Positions 46,192 to 52,880 of a DNA stretch of 52,880 nt are shown piece by piece. The first letter of the stretch is position 1, and each line of letters begins with the position of its first letter. The translations under genes and the position numbers were made by a program. Where the stretch lies: positions 1 to 52,880 of the forward strand of contig JACPHV010000037.1 in assembly GCA_016188385.1 (NCBI GenBank). Reading direction: 5' to 3'. Below the pieces are notes generated by a model that was not told the origin of the DNA, did no database searches, and saw only the letters and a program-made list of their open reading frames with translations. The DNA comes from Candidatus Uhrbacteria bacterium (GTDB lineage: Bacteria > Patescibacteriota > Patescibacteriia > JACQRZ01).

Positions 46192-46659
46192 TTAGAAAGG
46201 AATTTCTTCAATCGTTTGCTCAACCGGTTCGTCATGTGATGCGGCCGCAGGCATCGAAGAAGGCGTATCGCCATAGCCGACCTCGTTCTGCTGTTCAGGG
46301 ATGCCGCGACCTTCTCGAGATCCTGCCGGCGCGTCAAGCATGATCATGTTATCGGCAATGATTTCAGTGGCATACCGCCGCAGGCCGTCTTGGCCGACCC
46401 AATCACGCGTCTGTAGTCGTCCCTCTATAAATACGCGGCGCCCTTTAGACAAGTATTGGCAGCAGATTTCCGCGAGCTTTCCCCAAGCCACAATTGAATG
46501 AAATTCCGCCTTCTCTTGTTTCTGCCCCGATGAGTCTGTGTATTGCCGATTGGTTGCGACATTGAATGATGTTACGTTCTGTCCGGAAGGAGTGGTACGT
46601 AGCTCCGGAGTTTTTGTGACGCGCCCAATGATCATCACTTTGTTCAAATCCATTGCCAT
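46192..46659 (-). CDS. ssb: Single-stranded DNA-binding protein
   Basis: OB-fold N-terminus ([30 protein letters not shown]) and an acidic tail ending EEIPF. Confidence 0.93.
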   Translation of the reverse strand: MAMDLNKVMIIGRVTKTPELRTTPSGQNVTSFNVATNRQYTDSSGQKQEKAEFHSIVAWGKLAEICCQYLSKGRRVFIEGRLQTRDWVGQDGLRRYATEIIADNMIMLDAPAGSREGRGIPEQQNEVGYGDTPSSMPAAASHDEPVEQTIEEIPF

Positions 46660-46687
46660 AGAGGTATAACCGGTAAGTTTTTAGACG

Positions 46688-47320
46688 CTATACGCCTTCG
46701 CGTAAGATTTCTTCAAGTTTCTTATCAAGTTCTTTTTCAAGATCTTCATCGATCTTTGCGATTTTCTCTGTCTGTTTTTTCTCGTTGTTTGATTCATCAG
46801 ACAAGGGTGCAACGATTTTGTCTTGAACCGAACCCGTATCTCGCGGAGTTTTTTTTGATTTGTCTGCCGCTCCGGCAACATCTGTCTGCGACACTACTGC
46901 GCTGGATCTCGCGGCGGCTGTTTCTTTCTCTACCGTCTCAAGCGCCTGTTCCAATGTTTTTTCTTTCTGCTGCCTTCGGGGCGCGCGGCGTTCTTCTATG
47001 ATGACATCCTTAAACAAAGGGCGGGGCACGCCGACCGTGTCTCGCTTCACGATCATATGGCGAAGCAATTCCGGTGTTAAGCGCAGTTCTCGATCCAGCG
47101 CTGACATTTTGGAAACAGAGCAATCAAATTCAGCAAAAACATAGGTACCGTATGCTTGGTGCTTGATTGGATACGCGAGTTTTCTCCGCTCAAGATTTTG
47201 CGTATAGTGAAGGGCGCACTCGTACTTTTTGAGCAGTTCTTCGATTTTACCTATTACGCCGTTTATTTCCGTATCAGCGAATCGGCCGCTTGCAATAGCA
47301 AGAATTTCGTAGTGGTTCAT
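46688..47320 (-). CDS. rpsF: 30S ribosomal protein S6 with a long charged C-terminal extension
   Basis: N-terminal ~95 aa match S6 (MNHYEIL.I......E......I....E.L......G..I......W.RKLAYPI......G.Y), followed by ~115 aa rich in K/E/A/T. Conserved rpsF-ssb-rpsR order. Confidence 0.85.
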   Translation of the reverse strand: MNHYEILAIASGRFADTEINGVIGKIEELLKKYECALHYTQNLERRKLAYPIKHQAYGTYVFAEFDCSVSKMSALDRELRLTPELLRHMIVKRDTVGVPRPLFKDVIIEERRAPRRQQKEKTLEQALETVEKETAAARSSAVVSQTDVAGAADKSKKTPRDTGSVQDKIVAPLSDESNNEKKQTEKIAKIDEDLEKELDKKLEEILREGV

Positions 47321-47392
47321 AGAGATATCGGCTATCCTAGCAAAACGGTAAAAATAATGCAATACCCCGCACTTGTTCTGGCAGAGATCTCA

Positions 47393-48844
47393 TCAAGCCG
47401 CCTTTTGCGAAGGGTCGGTAGCGCGTCTCGTAACGCGGAACAGATCTGTCACAAGGTCTTTTGGGATTACACCAAACAGATAGAGCGCCGATCCATAGAG
47501 AATTGTCGCGCCGGATACCGCCGCCAATAAGGGTATGCGAGAGAGAAATACAAGTGAAAATGCCATTATGGCCGTTGCCACTCCGATGCGTTTTGCCGCG
47601 TCAAAGTTTGGCCGCACCCCCGTTGCTTTTGTAAAAACAAAAAATGCGATACAAAGGACAACACATTCAGTCACTACAGTAGCCCACGCCGCGCCCCAAT
47701 AGGTGAAAGGGGGGATAAGGATAACATACCCGACTATTCCTATGCCGGCGCCAATAAGATAGCCGAAAAGCATTCGTCTTTGCTGATGGATGACATTGAT
47801 CAAGTGGCCGATAAACGATCCAAAGAAAACGCAGCCCGTACCGAGAATGAGTATAAGCAAGACATCACCGGAACGCTCAAAGGGTTCGCCCAGAACTGCC
47901 ACCATCAGGGGCCGCGCCATGAAAAATGTTCCCGCGATTAACGGCAGTGTCGCCATGATCATAAAGTCAAAACTTTTTTGAAAATAGCGTTTGAATGATG
48001 CGCTGTCGCCGTTTGACCATGATCGCGCAAAACTTGCCAGCACGATACCCATAAACATGGAAGGCAGACTGATGAGCACTTCAAACACTCGGTACGCGCC
48101 GCCATAGATGCCGACATCGCTTTGGGAATGATAGAGGGAAAGAATAATGGTATCCAGTTTTAGGTAGATGAGATTAAAGACAATTGAAAGCCCGATCGGC
48201 CAGCTGCGCGCTATGATGCTCCGGAAGAGGGGAGGGTCCCAGATGAGCGCGATACGCTCATAGCGAATACTGCCGATTACAACGATGGCGAATTGGATAC
48301 TGTTATTCAGTACGAAAAGCCAGAGGATTGCGACAAAGCTCGCTTGAACGCTGATCGCGATTCCGATGCCGGCAATCAGGAAAACTTTACTGACAATATC
48401 AGCGATCATCGGCATGAGCATGGCGAGGTTCACCTGGAATTGAATGGTAAAAATCTGTATCAACGAAGACAGCAAGACAGAGATAGAAATAATCGCGATA
48501 CCTATCTTTACTTCCAACGGATACGGAAACAAGAGTGACGCGATTGGAGCGATAATGAGAAATATGACAGCCGTGATGAGGCGCAGTGTAATAATCGCGT
48601 GATAATTACGCGCGTGATTTTCCCTTGCTTCAGAGATAAGTTGGATGCCAATAAGGGAAAATCCCAGATCCGCAACAATGCCGAATATTTGCGGGAATGT
48701 CGTTGCGATCGTAAATGCCCCGAATCCTTCTTGATGCAAATAACGCGTAAGTATGCCAAGTGTGACAGCGGCAAGAACAGTGCTCAAAACTTTTGCGGTA
48801 ATTTGGAGAATAGTGTTTGCCGCTATCCGTTGAGAAAGGGACAT
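47393..48844 (-). CDS. MOP-superfamily polysaccharide/lipid-linked oligosaccharide flippase (Wzx/MurJ-like)
   Basis: 483 aa with about 12-14 TM helices and an N-terminus (RIAANTILQITAKVLSTVLAAVTLGILTRYL) typical of polysaccharide biosynthesis flippases. Confidence 0.75.
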   Translation of the reverse strand: MSLSQRIAANTILQITAKVLSTVLAAVTLGILTRYLHQEGFGAFTIATTFPQIFGIVADLGFSLIGIQLISEARENHARNYHAIITLRLITAVIFLIIAPIASLLFPYPLEVKIGIAIISISVLLSSLIQIFTIQFQVNLAMLMPMIADIVSKVFLIAGIGIAISVQASFVAILWLFVLNNSIQFAIVVIGSIRYERIALIWDPPLFRSIIARSWPIGLSIVFNLIYLKLDTIILSLYHSQSDVGIYGGAYRVFEVLISLPSMFMGIVLASFARSWSNGDSASFKRYFQKSFDFMIMATLPLIAGTFFMARPLMVAVLGEPFERSGDVLLILILGTGCVFFGSFIGHLINVIHQQRRMLFGYLIGAGIGIVGYVILIPPFTYWGAAWATVVTECVVLCIAFFVFTKATGVRPNFDAAKRIGVATAIMAFSLVFLSRIPLLAAVSGATILYGSALYLFGVIPKDLVTDLFRVTRRATDPSQKAA

Positions 48845-48946
48845 GATGGGCGCAGGTATAACTGAACACTTTTAGTGTTCAGTAGCTTTGACCAAAAAAT
48901 GGTTTTGTGCTATACTTAATTATGAAAGAAAAACAAAAAAATTCCC

Positions 48947-51139
48947 ATGAAAGCAAAAAGAGAACAAAGCTTGATTGCAGTATTTGTATTTACCGCCGCT
49001 GTCGTAATCACCGCGTCAACTGCGATGAGGTATGTCGCTGAACGGATGAACCATGAGAATACGCCAACCCATCGGTCATATTCCGTTCTTGGTCTCCTGC
49101 ATGAAGCGAGTGAAAGATTGACGCTTACTACTATAGCAGAAGCAAGCACTCAAGGTAAAGCCGTAGCTACCCCGGCATTTTCAGCTGCTAAGCTTATTCA
49201 AAACAAAAAATCTTTCACCGTTCCACCGTTAGAGAAATTTACTTTTGAAGTGGGATATAAAAATACCGGAACGCAACGATGGGAACCGAGTACAGACGCG
49301 CGCAGAACAATCACGCTACGAGCGCGCGCGCGGACGGAAAGTTATTTTTATGATCCTTCCTGGGACAGCGGGACAAGCGTGATGAACATATCTCGTTCCG
49401 TGCTGCCCGGCGAGCTGGTATATTTTCGGTTTACCCTCGAATCACCGAAAAAGGAAGGTAAGTACACCGAGCATCTTTCGCTGTATTACGGAGGCAAGCA
49501 AATAGCAGGGTCTGAATTCGATTTGCCCATCACTGTTCAAAAGATTGTATCCGCAGACTCTGATTACTCTGTGTCAGCGACTTCCCGTATTGTTAACGCA
49601 GTGCAGAATCCCGCAAAAGCCGTTTCCCTTACGAGCGCGCGCCAAAACCGGAGTATCGAAAGGTTTTTGGAGGCATTCAAGCTCATCGCGAGCGATACCG
49701 AGCTTACGCTTTCTACTGGAGAGCTCAAGCTCTTTGAAGTCGGGTATAAGAACACGGGGAAGAGGGATTGGAATACGGGTGATTTGCCGCATCTTACATT
49801 GCGTGCATTTACCGATAAGGAGTACAGCGCGTATCACGACCAGGCTACCTGGCACGAACCTCGCGTTGCGGCGTATTTGCAATCTGACGCTAAACCGGGG
49901 CAGGTTTCTTACTTTCGGTTTTTTGTGAAAGCGCCGCTTGTGCCGGGAATATACAAAGAAACATTTTACCTTTCTTTTGGGGAGGATCCTGTTGTTGGAT
50001 CTGATTTTACTCTTCCGATGGAAGTGATCAGATCAGAACCCTTAAAGTCTCACGACCCTTCTCCGCTGCCGAATCCCAAGCTTTCATCCCCGAACCCTGC
50101 AGAATCGACAAACGAGCCGCCGGTTCCCGCGCATAGTGAACAGACAATAGTACCCGCGTCCGATAGTACGCAAGACCAAACAGTCCTCGCGTTTGCTCAA
50201 CATCAAACAATTCCGTCCAAGCAAGGCATTGTACAAGACATTCAAGAGAAGGAGCCATTGATCCGCATCGGGTATTTCAAAACAACTGATCCGGTGCAAG
50301 TGACGGCATCTTCACCTTATCAAATTAGAACAGGGAACGCGCTTTTAAGCACCCCCGCGGCAGGAGCAGTCGCTTCCGTCACTTATGAGCCGACGGTGGG
50401 GTTGTACACCATAATTATCGATGGCTTGAGCCATACCAGCGCGGAACCGCCTCGTTTTACCGGAATTCTACCGCCGGAAGTGAGGGTGGACCCGGAAACC
50501 ATTTTTGAAATAATCTCCTATCAGAATCGTCCTGCGTGGAGCTCTGCAATCAACGACAATACAGTCAGGGGAGCAATCGAAGTGCGATATTCAACCGATG
50601 CGAAAGCGCTTTGGGTCGTCAATGAATTGCCGCTTGAATATTATTTGCGCGGCCTTGCGGAAACATCAAACAATTCTCCCTATGAGTTTCAAAAAGCGCT
50701 TTTGATCGCCGCTCGTACATATGCGAAGTACCACATCGATTACGGATCAAAATATCCGCGTGAAGGATTTACGATCCGATCCACTGACCACGATCAAGTA
50801 TACCGAGGGTATGGAGCAGAAAAAAGAATGCCGAATCTAAGAAAAGCGGTTGAGGAAACACGCGGCGTGATTGTCACATACCAAGGACAACTCGCGATCA
50901 CTCCGTATTATTCGCAAAGTGACGGAAGGACTCGTTCGTGGGAAGAAGTATGGGCTGGATCTCCCAAGCCTTGGTTGGTAGGCAAAGATGATCCGCCGGG
51001 ACGCGGCTTGCCTCTCCTTGGTCACGGGGTGGGAATGGCAGCACGAGGCGCGATCGCGCTCGCTCTTAACGGTAAAAGTTTTGATGAAATCTTAACATAC
51101 TACTATACTGATATTGAGTTGACGAAGCGGTATCAATAA
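48947..51139 (+). CDS. Secreted SpoIID/LytB-domain protein with two N-terminal Ig-like (NBR1-like) repeats
   Basis: The C-terminal ~330 aa carry SpoIID patterns (YL.G..E......E..KA..IAARTYA, D.DQVY.G, ITPYYSQSDGRT.S.EEVW). The N-terminal repeats share FEVGYKNTG..W and YFRF.....G.Y.E...L.......GS.F.LP..V. Confidence 0.8.
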   Translation: MKAKREQSLIAVFVFTAAVVITASTAMRYVAERMNHENTPTHRSYSVLGLLHEASERLTLTTIAEASTQGKAVATPAFSAAKLIQNKKSFTVPPLEKFTFEVGYKNTGTQRWEPSTDARRTITLRARARTESYFYDPSWDSGTSVMNISRSVLPGELVYFRFTLESPKKEGKYTEHLSLYYGGKQIAGSEFDLPITVQKIVSADSDYSVSATSRIVNAVQNPAKAVSLTSARQNRSIERFLEAFKLIASDTELTLSTGELKLFEVGYKNTGKRDWNTGDLPHLTLRAFTDKEYSAYHDQATWHEPRVAAYLQSDAKPGQVSYFRFFVKAPLVPGIYKETFYLSFGEDPVVGSDFTLPMEVIRSEPLKSHDPSPLPNPKLSSPNPAESTNEPPVPAHSEQTIVPASDSTQDQTVLAFAQHQTIPSKQGIVQDIQEKEPLIRIGYFKTTDPVQVTASSPYQIRTGNALLSTPAAGAVASVTYEPTVGLYTIIIDGLSHTSAEPPRFTGILPPEVRVDPETIFEIISYQNRPAWSSAINDNTVRGAIEVRYSTDAKALWVVNELPLEYYLRGLAETSNNSPYEFQKALLIAARTYAKYHIDYGSKYPREGFTIRSTDHDQVYRGYGAEKRMPNLRKAVEETRGVIVTYQGQLAITPYYSQSDGRTRSWEEVWAGSPKPWLVGKDDPPGRGLPLLGHGVGMAARGAIALALNGKSFDEILTYYYTDIELTKRYQ

Positions 51140-51153
51140 ATCTTTATATCTTT

Positions 51154-52227
51154 ATGACGGCGGGTAAGCACATAGTTCTCGATGACATATTGCGCGAAGC
51201 GGTCGATCGCTCGGCATCCGATACTCACATTATGGCCTTTCGGAAGCCTATTTTTCGTATTGACGGAGTATTGGTCGAAAGCGAACGTTTTGAGGAGATT
51301 GATCCGCAAAAATTCCAAGATACGATGTTTGCGAACTTGTCGGATGTGCAAGAACAATTTTTGCGGACTGAACGCGAATTAGGCTACGTGCATCATCTTG
51401 AGACTGGCCACCGCTTTCGCGTGAACCTGTTTTGGGAACGCGGGCACCTTGCTTTTGCCGCTCGGCTTGTACCGGTAATAATCCCCACTATGGATGAGAT
51501 CGACCTTCCCCCGATCGTTCGATCATTTACAAAACTTGATCAAGGGCTTATCTTGATCACGGGGCAGACAGGGCATGGCAAATCAACAACCCTGGCCGCC
51601 ATGGTCAACGCTATCAACAAAGAACGCTCATTGAATATCATTACGTTTGAGGATCCGATTGAATTTGTCATGCAGCCGGTAAAATCTATTATCCGACAGC
51701 GTGAGCTGGGATCTGATATCACAAGCATGAAGGATAGCTTGAAATACGTCGTGCGCCATGATCCGGACGTAATTGTTGTCGGAGAAATGCGCGACCCGGA
51801 AACTATCGGTACCACGATTACGCTTGCTGAAACGGGGCATTTGGTTTTTTCCACGCTTCATACCTTTGACGCTCCGCAGACTATTCATCGTATCCTTGAC
51901 AGTTTTCCGTCTGAACAACAGACGCAGATACGCCTGCAGCTTGCCATGACGTTGCGAGGAATTATTTCTCAACGGCTGGTGAAGCGCGCTGCCGGCGGGC
52001 GGATCGCGGCGCGTGAACTGCTTATTAATACACCGGCAGTTTCTAATCTCATCCGAGAGAATAAAATCGAGCAGATCGCAACGCAGCTGCAAACCGGAAA
52101 TACGCACGGAATGACGACCATGGATCAATGCTTGCGGTCTCTCTATGAAAAAGCGGAAATTACCAAGGAGGAAGCTCTTGCCCACATGTTGAGTCCGAAA
52201 GACCTCGAACGAGGCAAATCCCAATAG
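51154..52227 (+). CDS. pilT: Type IV pilus retraction ATPase PilT
   Basis: SD.HI....P...R..G.L, Walker A GQTGHGKSTTLAAM, Asp box and Walker B (DPDVIVVGEMRD), His box (GHLVFSTLHT) and the PilT-type C-terminus. Confidence 0.9.
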   Translation: MTAGKHIVLDDILREAVDRSASDTHIMAFRKPIFRIDGVLVESERFEEIDPQKFQDTMFANLSDVQEQFLRTERELGYVHHLETGHRFRVNLFWERGHLAFAARLVPVIIPTMDEIDLPPIVRSFTKLDQGLILITGQTGHGKSTTLAAMVNAINKERSLNIITFEDPIEFVMQPVKSIIRQRELGSDITSMKDSLKYVVRHDPDVIVVGEMRDPETIGTTITLAETGHLVFSTLHTFDAPQTIHRILDSFPSEQQTQIRLQLAMTLRGIISQRLVKRAAGGRIAARELLINTPAVSNLIRENKIEQIATQLQTGNTHGMTTMDQCLRSLYEKAEITKEEALAHMLSPKDLERGKSQ

Positions 52228-52238
52228 GTTTTTAATAC

Positions 52239-52310
52239 GCGCCCGTAGTTTAATGGATAAAATACCAGGCTTCGAACCTGGGGATAGGGGTTCGATTCCC
52301 TTCGGGCGCA
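52239..52310 (+). tRNA. tRNA-Arg (anticodon TCG), CCA not encoded
   Basis: Hand-folded: acceptor GCGCCCG/CGGGCGC, anticodon arm CCAGG-CTTCGAA-CCTGG, T arm AGGGG-TTCGATT-CCCTT. Confidence 0.85.
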
Positions 52311-52413
52311 AATGAGTGAAACGAATGAGGACGAAAGCGATCCGACCAAGGGAGGATCGCGCGGGAAATCTTGCTTTTCCCGATCATTTATAGCAGAGTA
52401 ACTGTATCTCTAT

Positions 52414-52485
52414 GCGCTCATAGCTCAATGGTAGAGCAGCTGGCTCTTAACCAGTTGGTTGGGGGTTCGAGTCCCTCTGGGCGCA
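52414..52485 (+). tRNA. tRNA-Lys (anticodon CTT), CCA not encoded
   Basis: Hand-folded: acceptor GCGCTCA/TGGGCGC, D arm GCTC-AATGGTA-GAGC, anticodon arm GCTGG-CTCTTAA-CCAGT, T arm GGGGG-TTCGAGT-CCCTC. Confidence 0.85.
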
Positions 52486-52549
52486 AAATTAACTTGTTCG
52501 AAATTGGATACTATTCCAGACAGCGAGCATTTTGGTATCTCGGTGAAAT

Positions 52550-52880
52550 ATGAAAAAACTTATTTTCACAATTCTTGCAACAATCGTCGCTGGCTCGTTT
52601 GCCGCCAACGCGAATGCTCAAATGATGGACGGATTTTCCAATTCTTCGGCGGATTGGGAAGCGGTTGTCGAACATACGCTCCGCGAAGAACAGGAGGGTA
52701 AGACGGTTTGGGACAAGATCCAGGCGAAAGAGCTTGCCTGTGAAAATTTGATCGATGAGCAGTATGGGGTTCTCGGCGAATACTTTATGGGACAGATGGC
52801 CGGAGATTCGCACGCCGCTATGAATGTGATGATGATTCAGGCGCACGGCGAGGACGGAGAGGAACAAATCCATATTGTTA
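52550..52880 (+). CDS. Hypothetical secreted protein (5' partial view; runs off the window)
   Basis: The ATG at 52550 is followed by a signal peptide (MKKLIFTILATIVAGSFAANANAQ) and an open frame to the window end. It is not in the ORF track because no stop is reached. Confidence 0.5.
   Translation, partial: MKKLIFTILATIVAGSFAANANAQMMDGFSNSSADWEAVVEHTLREEQEGKTVWDKIQAKELACENLIDEQYGVLGEYFMGQMAGDSHAAMNVMMIQAHGEDGEEQIHIV

Noticed and set aside
48922-49041. 39-aa Cys-rich ORF (MKEKQKNSHESKKRTKLDCSICIYRRCRNHRVNCDEVCR) starting 5 nt after the TGCTATACT element
   Set aside because: It overlaps, in another frame, the signal-peptide region of the well-supported SpoIID-domain gene. It is more likely a frame artefact, although a leaderless start cannot be excluded without transcription start site data.
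51628-52311. 227-aa minus-strand ORF
   Set aside because: It is antisense to pilT and runs through the tRNA-Arg(TCG) gene, so it is a shadow ORF.
52371-52553. 60-aa plus-strand ORF (and the 52511..52873 minus-strand ORF)
   Set aside because: The first reads through the tRNA-Lys gene. The second is antisense to a signal-peptide-bearing ORF that runs off the window. Both are spurious.
1-52880. CRISPR arrays, rRNA genes, or long tandem repeats
   Set aside because: I saw no regularly spaced direct repeats and no rRNA-like conserved blocks on reading the sequence. The only long repeat is the 109-bp inverted pair.

Overview
This is a 52.9-kb bacterial chromosomal window. The gene content suggests a small-genome Candidate Phyla Radiation/Patescibacteria-like organism; this is inference only. 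The cues are tandem TrbC/VirB2-like mini-pilins, PilT, a FemAB-type transferase, a membrane-fused spermidine-synthase-like protein, compact rpoB/rpoC, CCA-less tRNAs and several genes with no obvious Shine-Dalgarno. Layout: (i) 1-6.6 kb is a visibly AT-rich accessory island bracketed by a perfect >=109-bp inverted repeat. It carries an XRE controller, an HNH nuclease and a fused m5C+m6A methyltransferase (an R-M system), plus a LexA-like repressor divergent from two uncharacterised genes, one of them a mini PD-(D/E)xK nuclease. (ii) 6.15-6.98 kb is an ORF-free, GC-rich, stem-rich tract with a tmRNA-like 5' end. (iii) A csoR-copZ-copA copper operon with its operator palindrome. (iv) A metabolism/salvage block: type II glutamine synthetase, Nudix, HD, PfkB kinase and AhcY. 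(v) An envelope block: cupredoxin-like protein, DoxX-like protein, presenilin/SPP-type intramembrane protease and an orphan solute-binding protein. (vi) 23.5-27.2 kb holds seven tandem paralogous pilin-like genes, convergent with a GT-C/STT3-like membrane protein. (vii) Housekeeping genes: ileS, ruvA, femAB-like, tRNA-Arg, rpoB, rpoC, ftsK, rodZ-like, recA, efp, rpsR-ssb-rpsF, a flippase, a SpoIID-domain protein, pilT, tRNA-Arg and tRNA-Lys. I saw no CRISPR array, rRNA, integrase or transposase. All calls rest on motif recognition by eye; no database search was run.
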